A stretch of 64,000 bases of DNA. Origin: Fimicolochytrium jonesii. Taxonomy: Eukaryota. The stretch's first letter is position 1. Every line of letters starts with the position of its first letter. The notes beneath the pieces are model-generated. The model worked only from the letters and a program-made list of their open reading frames with translations. It was not told where the DNA came from and made no database searches. Location of the stretch: positions 310,001 through 374,000 of the forward strand of contig NW_026515672.1 of NCBI RefSeq assembly GCF_025526975.1, in the 5' to 3' direction. Below, one piece after another: positions 1 to 12,586 of the stretch. The position numbers and the translations under genes are program-made.

Positions 1-2755
1 CTGCGAGAGCGCACCTCGTCCTTTCCGGGTTTGAGCGGAAACCTCGGCAGTAGCATTGGCCTGGGACGGCCCTCGAATCCAAAAGACCGAGCATTGAGAT
101 TTTGGACGCAAGCCGATAATATGGACAAAGTTCTGATATCCATATATCAATACTTTGAAGGAAAGGGGATCTATTCCATCGTGCTATCGCGAGTGATAAA
201 GACCTTGTAAGTCGCAAAATACCTTTTTTCACCGGAGTATCTCAGCTCAGTGTTCAGGGCTTGCCAAGTATAGGATGAAGGCGTTCCTGGTCATCTTCTC
301 GACATTTCTGTTCTTCTGCATCGACTACTCTTTGATCCATCAGAAGAATATGCTATCGGAGATCGTCAGACCAAGCTGCATGTCTTTCTCGTAGGTACCG
401 GCGCTACGTAGTTGTTGTTAAGCACTCATTGACTTACCCCGCACTTCCAGTGGATCGGGACTGCAGTCCCTTATCATTCTTGGTATCTTTGCGTGGTTTG
501 CCACGGAGTTTGTGCTTCTCCTCAAAGAAGTTCCTCGCCTTGTGGAGTTGTCCAATTTCTATACTCACGTCCTGGGCATTCCGGAGGTTCGCTCAATGCA
601 CTCAGTGGGCTACCGTTCACAACAATGCTGACGGCGATCTATGCTTCAGGGTAACATCCAGACAAGCACATGGGCGGACGTGACTGCAGTTTTGACGACC
701 CTTCCATATCGTCGCGGGACTCTAAATGCTCACACGGTTGCGAACCGGATCATGCGGAGGGACAACTACATGATCGCGCTATTCAACAAAGATCTCTTGA
801 ACTTCACACTCCCCGTACCATATTTCCGTGGGCATCAGTTCCTCACACGCATCACGGAGTTTATCCTCTTGTGGTGCTTGTGGGGTATCGTTTTTGACCG
901 AAATTGGCGCATCAAGAAGAAAGTGCTGGAAGGGAATCGGAGGGAAGCTCTGGTAACAGAGTATGTTGAGGAACGCTGCAGATGGCTCCCGTACTCGTGG
1001 GATGCATAGCACGGTTTAGCATCAGACTGACTTTCTGCGCGCAGATTGAACACGCGATTCGCCCAAGTAGCGCTTGTAGCCCTCTTATGCTCGCCTTTCT
1101 TGCTAGTATGGCTTCTTATGTTCTTCTTCTTCCGGTACACCGAGGTGAGTGTCTTTTGTCACTGTCAAGCCGTGGTACAACAACTTGCCTAATCAATCAA
1201 TCGTCTTCAGGAATTTCATAAAAATCCATCGTCGCTTGGCACACGGCAGTACTCTCCTCTTGCAAAGTGGAAATTCCGCGAATTCAACGAATTGCCTCAT
1301 CTGTTTCAAAAGCGTCTGAACCGGAGTTACCGACTCGCCAACAAGTACATGAACCAGTTTCCAAATTCCAAAGTCACTTCTGTTGCAAAGTACGTAGATT
1401 CCTCGATATTCCCTAGTTCCCTTCGTTCCATACTTACCGCATCGTTTGATGACGTTATCTGCAGTTTCGTATCGTTCGTCACGGGCTCCTTCCTGTCTGT
1501 GCTCATCATCGCGACTCTGCTATCCGAAGACCTCCAACATCGATTTGAAATAACACCCGCGCGGTCGGTTTTCTTCTACATCGGGATCTTTGCGACTATC
1601 ACCGCTGTGGCAAGGGGCATGGTACCAGACGAGAATGAAGTGTTTGAACCCGCATTGCTTCTTCGAAACGTCATTGAAGAAGTGCGATATATCCCGGACA
1701 CTTGGCGGGATAAGCTCCACACGAACGAGGTACGCTATCACGGTTGCGTTCATTTTTGAAGGAATGAATCATGATCAACGGACTTCTGCTCTTCTCAGGT
1801 CCGCGGAGAGTTCGGCGCGCTATTACCATTCAAGTTACTACTCTTCTTGGAAGAGGTTGCCTCGGTTGCATTCGCACCAATCATATTCTTCTACTCCTTA
1901 CCTACATGTGCTGGCGAGATCATCGATTTCTTTCGGGAGTTCACCGTTCACGTTGATGGGATCGGATATGTCTGCTCATTTGCGGTCTGGGACTTTAGGA
2001 AATTTGGGAATGCGAAGGTGGGTGGTGTGCAGGTTCGAATGTAAGCGACCCTTCGATGCTTACTTTGTGGCCTTCTAGTATGGAGCTCCAACCCAAGGAC
2101 GTAACGACTACTACTCCTCGAAGGGTGGCAAAATGGAGCAATCTTTCCTCAATTTCAAGGTACGTCTCGCCGAACGCCGCTTACCTTCATGTTTCATGTA
2201 CACTGAGAGTGACTTCAACTTTCCAGGCGAACAATCCCGATTGGGATCCCGGAGAAGAGGGCTCGCAATACCTCAATGCTATCCTTGCTCGTGCGGGGAA
2301 CGCCGAGAGTGGGAATCAGCAAGCATCTGGGCTTTACTACCCTGGTGCACCTGGAGATCCCGGCGTATCCTCTAGTCTGCTGATCCATTCGCTCCTGCGA
2401 CCAAAGGTGCGTCCCCTGTGATCTTGTTTGGACGGTCGTACCGCGCCAATTGTGGCAAGTGTGCTTACTGCACGGTTTCCAGCGATCTGTCAAGTTCGAC
2501 GGCCAAAGCACTCGCCAACCGCAAATGTCTCCTCCACGTGGACAGGGTGCTCATTTGCAAGTACCCCACCCCAGCGATCGATCGCCTCACCCGCTCGCGC
2601 AGAGCGCCGTCTCTAGCGGCTTCCGGCAAACGTCGCAACAGGACTCGATGATGTTGTCCGAGTCTGTGCTTGGGGGAGATGAGAAGGGAACGGTTGGCAG
2701 AACGCTTTTTGCGTTGCTGGAGAAGATTTATCAGGAGAACCGAACACCTTTTTGA
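1..2755 (+). CDS. ATG9: Autophagy-related protein 9 (lipid scramblase), multi-exon, 5' end outside the window
   Basis: Exon fragments carry ATG9 hallmarks: 'LNAHTVANRIMRRDNYMIALFNKDLL', 'KWKFREFNELPHLFQKRLNRSY', 'IIDFFREFTVHVDGIGYVCSFAVWDF', 'KMEQSFLNFK'. Many GT-AG introns; stop at 2753-2755. Confidence 0.95.
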
Positions 2756-3077
2756 GGAGTCCCCTTCTAGCCATTTGTTCTGCCATTCATGTCCATTTCT
2801 TTTGGCTCGTTTGGAGCATTTTTTTGTTGTAGATATGTTTGTATATAGCATTTTGAGTCCCGTAGTCTGGTCTTCGGGTAGGAAATGCGTAATAGCCATC
2901 TACGTACAGTATGTAACTCTTGTGGGATAGGCCATGGCGGCCAGAAAGGACGCGTCGGAGTCATGAGGAAAGCAACCCATGGCAGACCCCTGGCAATGGC
3001 GGCAGGCATTTCTTGAGCTCCCACTGGGTTCCTAACTCCACGTCAACCTCCACGTCGGCTAACCACCACACAGCACA

Positions 3078-4135
3078 ATGTCCACCCCATCACCCACCCC
3101 TCCAACCTGGACGGCACCACCGCCCGACCTCCCCAACCAATCCTTCCTAACAGTCTCTATCATCCCGGCAGGATATCTCGACCTCTTCGAAGAAGACTTC
3201 TTCGCCGATCAAGCCGGGAACCAGAGCACGCGCTCAGTGCCCTCATTGGCGTTCTTGTTGCGGAATGATACCACGGGGGAGAATGTGATGTTTGATTTGG
3301 GTTTGAGGAAGGTGCGTTGGGGTGGGGAAACGTGCGGCGACGGGATGAGAGTCGAGTACGGAATGGCTCTCGGATGAGGGTTGCTAAATGAGAAGCTGCA
3401 AAAATGCGTGTACAGGAATCGGCGTTCCCGGAAGACATGCAGAAATGGCTGCCGCAGGTCAACCTCAAAGTGGAGAAGGATGCGGCGGACGTTTTGCGGA
3501 CGGGTGATGTGAAGCCTGAAGATGTGCAAAAGATCGTGTTCAGGTAACCAAGCCACCAGACAGCCGGAATAAGATATCGAAAACATATGCCTCCCGAGGA
3601 ATGACGCTCACTATCATTCATCCACCCCAGCCACCTACACTGGGACCACGTCGGCGACGTCAGCAGCTTCCCGCAAGCCCACCTTTACATTGGCCCCGGC
3701 GCCAGCCCCCGCCTCAAACCCAACTTCCCCTTCCCCTCCCACCCATCCCCCATCACGGAACTCACCATCCCCCCCTCGCCCTTCGGCGCCTTCACCCACA
3801 GCCTCGACCTCTTTTCCAACGGCACGCTCTACATCCTCGACGCTCCCGGCCATTTCCCGGGTCACATCGTCGCAGCCGCGCGCGTGGGGCCGGGAACGTT
3901 TGTACTGTTGGGCGGGGATTGTTGTCATTGTCGGGAGAGTTACACGACGAGTGTGAGGCAGATTCCGGAGTGCAATCATGAGGATGTTGTAGTCGCGAGG
4001 GAGACATTGGGGAGGGTGAGGGAGCATGGGAAGAGGGGATGGTGTGCTCTGTTGGCGCATGAGACGGAGCGGTTGGGAGAGTGTCCGATTTATCCAGAGG
4101 TTTTGAGGGAGTTCTCGGCGGTCAACCTCGCTTGA
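3078..4135 (+). CDS. Metallo-beta-lactamase-fold hydrolase (AHL-lactonase-like subgroup), 3 exons
   Basis: Inferred exons 3078-3311, 3416-3543, 3631-4135 give 'MFDLG', 'SHLHWDHVGD' (HxHxDH), 'PGHFPGH', 'LLGGDCCH' and 'LAHE', a complete dimetal MBL motif set. Confidence 0.88.
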
Positions 4136-4512
4136 AGGAGTACTCTTAAATGCGGTTGGGACAATTTGGAGCGCTGAAGGGACGAACTGTGAGATGTCAC
4201 TGCGGCATTGTTGTGGGCGATGTACTGTGAGCATGACCTTTGCAGAATACCGGCCATGCTGTACCGCCCGGTGTGCGATTACTTTGATTGTAGTTAGAAT
4301 AGCATTTTTGCTTTGGTACCCATCAATCTAGTAGTACTCCCAGGAACGTATGTACGTAGTTCCAGCAAATTGAGTAGATGTTCATAGAAAGAGCCATCTT
4401 CTATTTCAGAAAAAGTACAAATGGAGCCTAATTTTTGACATAAGGTATCTTCCTGTGTGGTTTGTTTTCAAAACGGTAGGAGTGGGAAAGGATGGGGAAT
4501 CTGCGGTCATCT

Positions 4513-6031
4513 TTATAGCTGGGCAGACGCGGCTTGACTTTGTCGCTGTGCGTGGAAAGCGTCGATCTTCCTCTCGATTTCGGGGCGGAAGTGGCGGATA
4601 AGACCTTGGACTGGCCACGCGGCGGCGTCACCCTGGAAGAGGAGTGGTGTAAGCGCATTTATTCGCGGCACGTATCAAAGAAAAGTAAGGATGACATACC
4701 AAAGCGCAAATAGTGTGTCCCTCAATCTGCCTACTCAGTTCCTCAATCATATCAATCTCCGCCTTCTTTGCGTTTCCAGACTCGAAGCGCTTCATCATGT
4801 TGGCCAACCATCCAGTTCCCTCCCTGCACGGTGTGCACTGTCCACAACTCTCATGCTGGTAGAATGCACTGAGGCGGGAAATGGCGCGGACAATGTCGGT
4901 GCTTTTGTCCATGACGATGACGGCGGCGGTTCCCAGACCCGATTGGGCGTCCCGGAGGGAGTCGAAGTCCATCAAGACTTCCTCGCAGATGTGCTTTGGC
5001 AGGACTGGGACGGAAGAACCGCCTGGAATGATGCCGAGTAGGTTGTCCCATCCACCCCGTACTCCTCCACAGTGCTTCTCGATGAGATCCTTCAAGGGGA
5101 TCGACATCTCCTCTTCGACTGTGCAAGGCTTGTTGACGTGCCCGGAAATACAGAACAGCTTTGTACCGCTGTTACGCTCCCGTCCAAGGCCAGCAAACCA
5201 CTTTCCACCACGGCGGAGAATGGTAGGCGCGACCGCTACCGTCTCGACGTTCGCGACGGTCGTAGGGCAACCGAAGAGACCGACATCGGCAGGGAATGGG
5301 GGCTTCAATCTAGGCTTTCCCTGCTTTCCCTCGATCGACTCGATCAACGAGGTCTCCTCTCCGCAAATGTATGCTCCAGCCCCACGGTGAACGTACACGT
5401 CAAAGTCGTAACCAGACCCGCAGGCGTTCTTGCCAATAAGCCCGTTCTTGTACGCTTCGTTGACCGCTTCCTGGAGGTTAGACGCCTCGAGGTAGAATTC
5501 ACCACGGATGTAGATGTATGCAGCGTTAGCGTTCATGGCACGGCCGGCGAGAAGACATCCCTCGACCAGCTTGTGTGGATCGTGACGCATGATTTCGCGG
5601 TCTTTGCATGTGCCCGGTTCGCCTTCGTCAGCGTTGACGACCAGATATCGAGGACGGCCGTCGGGACCTCCTGGCTTGTTCATGAACGACCACTTCATCC
5701 CTGAGGGGAACCCAGCACCACCTCGACCGCGCAGACCCGAGGCCTTCATTTCATCGATAATCCACTGGTCGCCCTTGTGGATGATTTCCTTCGTCTTGTA
5801 CCAATCTCCACGCTTCTTGGCGCCGGCGAGTTTCCAGTCATGCTTGCCGTACAAGTTGGTGAATATCCTGTCTTCGTCGCTCAGGTTGCCGTATGTGCGG
5901 GTGGGTTTGGCTGTCGGGGCTACGGTGGCCAAACTGGCGGTCTGCTGCAGTGGACGTCGAAATGCGGCGGCCACTGCGCCCTGCCTCAGCGAAGAAGAGG
6001 CAGCGGCGAGTGTTCTCGAGGCCAAGTGCAT
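4513..6031 (-). CDS. NDUFV1: NADH:ubiquinone oxidoreductase 51-kDa flavoprotein subunit, mitochondrial
   Basis: '[19 protein letters not shown]', '[13 protein letters not shown]', '[13 protein letters not shown]', '[12 protein letters not shown]'. Arg/Ala/Ser presequence. Intron 4699-4633 (GTATGT..CAG) restores '[21 protein letters not shown]'; stop 4515-4513. Confidence 0.98.
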
Positions 6032-6346
6032 CGTGCTATGCTCTTATAGAACGTAGGTGTGCTGCAGGTGGTTTCGTCGCCCGCTTGCGATGCCTGCGAT
6101 TGGGAAGCGGGTGGGAGAATTGCCGAGTTCAAGCTGTTCAAGCGAGAAAATCCGCACCGCGCTCGCTGGCCAGATCGGACAACCCTAACCCAGACCCTAA
6201 CCGCAGACCTCCTTACGGACTGAGAGAGAAGCAAGGAGATTCGGTGCCCGTTCGCAGACATCCCACATACATACTAAAACGCAAGTTCACTAAGTGCAAC
6301 GAGGGAAGCTTTCCGAGAGTCTCCACTCACCGAAAAGGTCGCGCCA

Positions 6347-7215
6347 ATGTTCAGAAAGCAAGTATTGTGCTTCATTCGCCCGAAGCTGCAACCAAATTCT
6401 AACCCCGCCTGCCCACCCCCACCTTGGGACGCTATGCAATCCCAACCAATAACAGGTTCAACCCCCGGGAGGACATATCCGGAAAGTCAAAGGTCAAGTC
6501 GTCCGTACAGCGTGCCATCCGGTCAAAGATCCTGGAACAGTATCCAGCACTCAACCCATACGCGGACGAGCTGTTGCCGAAGAAGGAGCCGCTGATACTG
6601 ATCAAGTGGTATGGGTTGTGAGAGCGGGAAGTTGGGAGGCATATCTGGAGAGACGACACAGTGGAGACTGATGGGCTGGCTTATATTTCAGCCATGACCG
6701 GGTCAACATTGTAATGCAGAATGATGAAGTGCTGTTCTTCAACCACCACGACGGGCCGTACTACCCAACACTGAAGCTGCTGCACAAATGTAAGGATCCC
6801 AGCTTCATCACCTACGATCTCTTCCACTTATCGCAACTACATCACACCCACAGACCCAGACATCATGACAAAGGTACAAATAGACCGAGGCGCCATCAAA
6901 TTCGTCCTATCGGGAGCAAACATCATGTGCCCGGGTTTAACGTCAAAGGGAGGGCGGTTAGGAGACGATCTGGAGGTGGATGCGCCTGTGGCTGTTTTGG
7001 CGGAGGGAAAGGAGCATGCTCTGGCGTTGGGGGTGATGAAGATGAGTTCTAAGGAGATGTGAGTTCTGTTAGCTGTACCCTTGATACTGCTTCTCGAGTG
7101 GGTCGCTGACATGCGTGCTGATTAATGAAACAGAAAATCGGTGAATAAGGGCCATGGAATCGATCTGGTGCATTATCTCAACGATGGGTTGTGGAAGAAC
7201 CGCGTTGAGCCGTAG
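6347..7215 (+). CDS. TMA20: Translation machinery-associated protein 20 / MCTS1 (PUA domain), 5 exons
   Basis: Spliced product '[12 protein letters not shown]...KCHDRV...[11 protein letters not shown]...[27 protein letters not shown]...[17 protein letters not shown]'. First intron is GC-AG (6358-6455). Confidence 0.95.
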
Positions 7216-7505
7216 ACTATTGGGTGGACGGACGAGAGTTTTGTGTCTTAAGTTCGCGCTAAATGAAGACATATGCCAGACTGCCTACTAGCTACTTTGC
7301 GTGAACCCACGCAAAGACCAGATGGACGTATTTGTACGTACTGTATACTAAACGTATGGATTTTCCACAGTTTCTATACGGAGCGATCTGCCAATGAATA
7401 TGGCGTGGAACACGAAGGGTGGACGACGGACGCATCAGATCTATTGCTATTAAAGTACTACATCGATGAGGCGCACGATTGAGCTAAACGTAAAAGTACG
7501 ACACC

Positions 7506-10500
7506 TCAAATAGACGCCCGCCTCCCATGCCGTCCCCACGCAGCCGTCTCCTCCTCCGGCACGCCAAACCGTTTCCTCAACGTCCCGTCCATCTGCCACT
7601 TCGCCACCTGCTCCTTCCCATACTTATACCCCACCTGGAAGATCTCCGTAAACGATCCAAACTGGAGCGTCCCGTACTTTTGCACCGGCGGGTTAAGGTA
7701 ATAGCATCCTTCCAGCTGCTTGGCGTCTTCCAGTTGCTTGACGCTCGACACATATGTTAAGCGGGACTGGATATCGGCCATCAGCGGGATATTCCCGTAT
7801 TTCCGCGTCACATAGCCGCCAAACACGGGCACATAGCGCTGCGCGAGGGCCCACCACCCAGACAGCGAGTCGCCGTACATGACGGGGCTGGTGTCGTCCA
7901 CGGACCCGACATCCACGGCAATGATGGTTTCCGCGCCGTGGTTGCGCATGATGTCTGCCGGCAGGTTGTTGATGTATCCGCCGTCGAGGAGCATGTTGCC
8001 GTTGTCGCAGAGTGGGGGGAAATAGCCGGAGAGGGACATGGAGGCGCGGACGTAGCGCCACATGTAGCCCGTCTGGTGGATTTCCATGCGGGACCAGGTG
8101 ATGTTAGTTGTTACGGCAAAATAGGGGAGCCAGCAGTCTTCGATTTGGGTGTTTGCGAAGCACTGCGGGGAATGATGAAGCACGTGAGCATCACGAGCGG
8201 ACATTCCTTTCCACAACCAAGGCGTGGTACGACTTTTACGATGTGACGTACCTTCCACACAGCACGATTAAACTCATGCCCCGTAAACATAGCTGTGACC
8301 GGGTACGTCAAATCCAGCACCTGCCTCCACTTCGAAACCATCCTCCCGGCAAACATCTTCGCCCGTCCATACACACTCACATGATCATTCTCACGCGCAT
8401 ACAAACCGCCCACAAAACTGCCTATACTAGTTCCTCCAACCATGTCCACGGGTATCCCCGCCTCCTCGAGTGCGCGGATGACGCCAATGTGCGAGATACC
8501 GCGCGCGCCGCCGCCGCCCAGGACAAGCCCGACGGATTTGGACAGTAGGCGACGAGCCAACCGCGCGAAATCGGAGCGGATGCCCGTATGCAGATGCAGG
8601 GTTGAAGATTGCGTGTCGAGATGGGGTACGTTCAACTGGTTTATGCTCTGGAAGTGGCCGCGGATATTGGACACGGTGTTGGTTCTCGCTGATTCGGCGA
8701 GCAGTCGCGGGGCGTTGAGTTGCATTTGGACGTGGTGGTGCGCATGCACCCATGACCGGCTCTTCAGCCACTGAGCTGTGCTGCCTGTCCGACAGAACCG
8801 GGCGCTGTGCACCAAGACAAGCTCCTTGCGCGCGGTGGTCTTCATCCCAATCAAGACGCGTTCGTGGTCTCCAATCTCCGGATCGTCGTCGCCGATGCCG
8901 ACGAGGAGGACGCAATCGGCTTGTCGGACGCACCGCTGCGTCCATGGCGAGTTGGCTGCGCCGTCAGCGACGTAGATGACCATGCGATGGCTTTCCTCCT
9001 GGTCCGCTAGCCAGCTGGTCAACTTTAACCTGCCGATTCGCGTGAAGGCGTGCTTGCCTAATGCTGTCATAACGCTGCCCGTGTTCAGGACAGTGACGGT
9101 AGCCCCAACGTGGTCCATGGCGGTTTGCAGCTCTCTCGCAAAGTCGGTGATGGGCACCAGACCGTTTACTGGCAAGATGGCGACAGTGCGCATGTTGACG
9201 TTCACCGGATTCTTTTTGCTGATTGGGCGTGATATTCCATCCGAACCGCGGTATGATCGGTCATGGATTAACGAGCTGCGGGACCGAGATGCTATTAGAC
9301 GCGAGATGGCGATGGTGATTTCCGGGTGACGCAGGGCCAAGGCGTTGAAGAACGTGTTCGGCATCACCGCGATTTCCGTGTCACGGATAGCGTGGACGGT
9401 GGCCGGTCGTCTTCCGTCGGTCAAGACTTCCATCTCTCCTACAGACTCGCCTTGGCCATATTCCGCAAGGATCTCGAACGAGGCCTGTTCGCCTTTCCCC
9501 TCCTTTGTTCGCTCGACTATACTTCGCAAACGCCCATTCAGCACAATGTAGATGGAGTCCGCAGGCTCGCCTTCTCTGCACAGAATATGACCGGCGTTCA
9601 CTTGATCCCAACCCAATGCGGCATCGATGTGGAACACTAGTGGTGACAGTTGCGAAATCAGCCGCTTTGCGAGAGATAGGAGCACGTTCGGATGTCTGTC
9701 GATGTAGCGTTCCAGGACCGGTTTTGGCAAGAATCCAACATACACATCGGTCTTGGCGCGGATGCTGACAAACGATATGTATCCTGCGCAAAGGGCAATG
9801 AGTTCTCGGTTGTATGTCCCCTGCCGAAATTGCCCACTTACCTGTCACTGCAGCAAGGTATCCAGCCAATCCTCCCGGCTTAATCAAAAACAAGCTACGC
9901 GGATGCGACCGATGATCCGCACCCACCGACTCATCCCCAGGAAACCTCTCACTCTGCCCCGCATTTCTTGCCGGATCAATGGACGACATGACCGACGCCT
10001 CCAGCGTTCCATCAATGACAAAGTACAACCCCGCGTTCCGCTCTCCTTCTTTGATCAGCGTCGTGCCTCGTTCGTAGAACAGGATATGCACGTCGGAACT
10101 TCCTGGATCGCTCGCGTTAGATGCGACGGACATTCTTGAAGACGTTGAAGCTGTGTCGTCGAAATCGTTGGTAGAGCTACCAGGGGATGGGCGTTGCTGG
10201 TCTGTGAAATGACGGTTCCGTGATAGATAGCCTCCTAGAGTGCTTGAAGAAGAGCGATAACCTGCAGCCATGGGAGAAGCGGTAGCCGATGCATTGCTCG
10301 GGCTGCTTTCGTAAGGTAGCATCCCAATAATCTCTGCAATGCAAGCAAAAATGGCCTCTTTCATATCAGCGTCTTCGCCTTCGTGGGTCAGAAGGTGACC
10401 AAAGCTCTTTTCTTCCTTGTTTGGCGAGTTCGGGATTGGCGATGTCGGTGATGCCGTATATGGTTTCCTTTCCCGATCGGAGTCTTCCACGTCCCCCTCA

Positions 10501-12074
10501 TAATCGTCCGTGAGTCCTGCTTTCGGGTTTGATGACCTTCTCAAACGCGATGGAATCTTGACCCGCTCCGGCGTCTTTCGGCTACCTCGTCTCTGTGCAA
10601 CGTTCGGGCGCGTCCCTGCATCCGAGTACGATGGCTCTGAAGTTCGTCGGATCGCGTCTGCCCTCTCACGCAATCGTTGAAAGTCCGCCAAGCTGAACAG
10701 ACTCTCTGGCAGACCAGAGCCAGCAATCTCGTTCACGCGCTTCTCTATCTTCAGAAGCTCTTTCGATAGCCCCAAGTACCGATACAGCGTCATGAAGGTG
10801 ACACGCTGGAAACGCGTCAAAATGACCTGCACCATATGTGCAGCTGCTTTTGGGAACTTTTCGGTAAGATGTTGGAATGCGTGAGCGGGAATCACAGCAA
10901 GTGTTGTGTCACGAGCGGCACGCGCGGCGATATTTGCTTGAAGGTGTCGAGGAGTCCGGCATTCTGTCGTGACGATCTGTGGTAAATTCGTGTTGCCTCG
11001 TTTCCCATCCGCAGCGTCACGGGCAGCATGTGGGTCGAAATAATGCTGGGCCTCTTCTGGCCGGTTCAGACTGAACCCATCGTCGGGAACGTGTGTGCTG
11101 TCCAGCTTGAATGCTTTGAGTCCGGGAGATTCCCGTAAACTTCCCTGTGCGCGCTGAAGCGGCGACAAATTGGCCTGAAGGTGGGGGGAAGCCGACGCGC
11201 CTCTCATTTTGGGAGACTCGTTACTTCGAAGACCAGGAAACACGTCCTGCGAGCTTGGATTGATCTGATCCTTCAGATTGGTGGGGTGGGATTGCCGCGT
11301 AGAGCTCCGTTCAGCTGGACTATCCACCTTGTCCGTGAAGACGGAAAGGATGTTGAAAAGACTGGAAACGGTCCCTCCAGCTTTGACGACGTTCAAAAGA
11401 TGATGCCCAGACCAGTCACGCCCGACCGACTCAAAGTCCTCGTCATCTTCCGGGTCCTGATGCGTCAGTTCGTCATCCTTCGTGTCCGCTCCTTTGACGA
11501 AGACCTGTATAGCCCCATCAACGACGACGAAGAAGTCGCGCACGTCATCGTCGTGACGAAACAGGATCTCTCCGGCTTTCAGCTTTCTCGTTCGCAGATG
11601 TCTGGCAAGCTCGTGAAAGACCGCTCTCTCCAGGTAGCCAAAGATTTTGATGGAGGACAAGAACGCCCCCATGAGCTCGTCGGGATAGTTCCCACCGGCT
11701 GGGTCATCGTGGAACGCGGTATCCGGATGCAAGTCGAACGGAACGGACCCAGCTTTGTTTGTGTTTGTCTCGACGGCTGGCAGTCTCGAGTATATCGTGA
11801 GAACACGGTAGCGCAAGATGAGGTAGCCGATGAGACCGAGGAGCACGGCGAAGATGAGCAGCGTCCAGTAGTTCAAGGTGACTGTGGCAGTGAACGAGAA
11901 AGACGACGGTCGGAGATATTTGAATGGCCATGGTATCAGCGAGCCAGCAGCAGCGAGGAGTCGAGCTGGCCATGTCATCGGTGCGGTTTCGTTGGCTGCG
12001 AGTAGGACTGACGTTGTGGTATTGGAGGCGACGTCGGGCAGCACTTGGCTGGAGATGTTGCCAGCGACGTCCAT
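7506..12074 (-). CDS. NTE1: Lysophospholipase NTE1 / neuropathy target esterase (cNMP-binding + patatin domains), 3 exons
   Basis: N-terminal TM helix, cyclic-nucleotide-binding repeats, patatin motifs 'LVLGGGGARGISHIG', 'GGTSIG', 'LLDGGYINNLP'. Spans ORFs 9381-12074, 8111-9745 and 7506-8258, joined by two GT-AG introns. Confidence 0.96.
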
Positions 12075-12586
12075 TGCTAGTGGGGCGGCTGTGACGGAAG
12101 CAAACAGAAGAGCGAGGCCCTAGGGCAGAACGAAGGCTGAGAGGGTCTGGGGGGTCTTATGGATATCTCCAAGGATATCGGAATCCATCCTGTCAGTCTG
12201 CCCCTTCAAGACTTTCAAGTTGGGGAACTTCTCATACAGTACAATACGTAGGTGGCCAAAGCCTCAAAGCCTCCGGTTTTCTTTCTTGCTTCTCTCACTT
12301 CTGGATGATTGAAACCGCGGCTTTTGATTAGGACGTTGATTAAGGCCAGGACGATTTTTCGAGTACCTGGTTGATGCCGATAAGGTCCACAAATCCAGCA
12401 CGAAGATGACCTCAGACGCACATGTTTTGTGGTCCTCGCTGGCGATACTACTGAAGAACACCCGGAAAGCCACACTTCTCTCCTGTTCTTGTTCAAAACG
12501 CGTGGACGACGCGACGCGTTCGACCGGGACGTTCGCAAAAGCGCCAGCTTCCCTCCGTTCAATGTGAGGACTGCCGACAAGCCACG

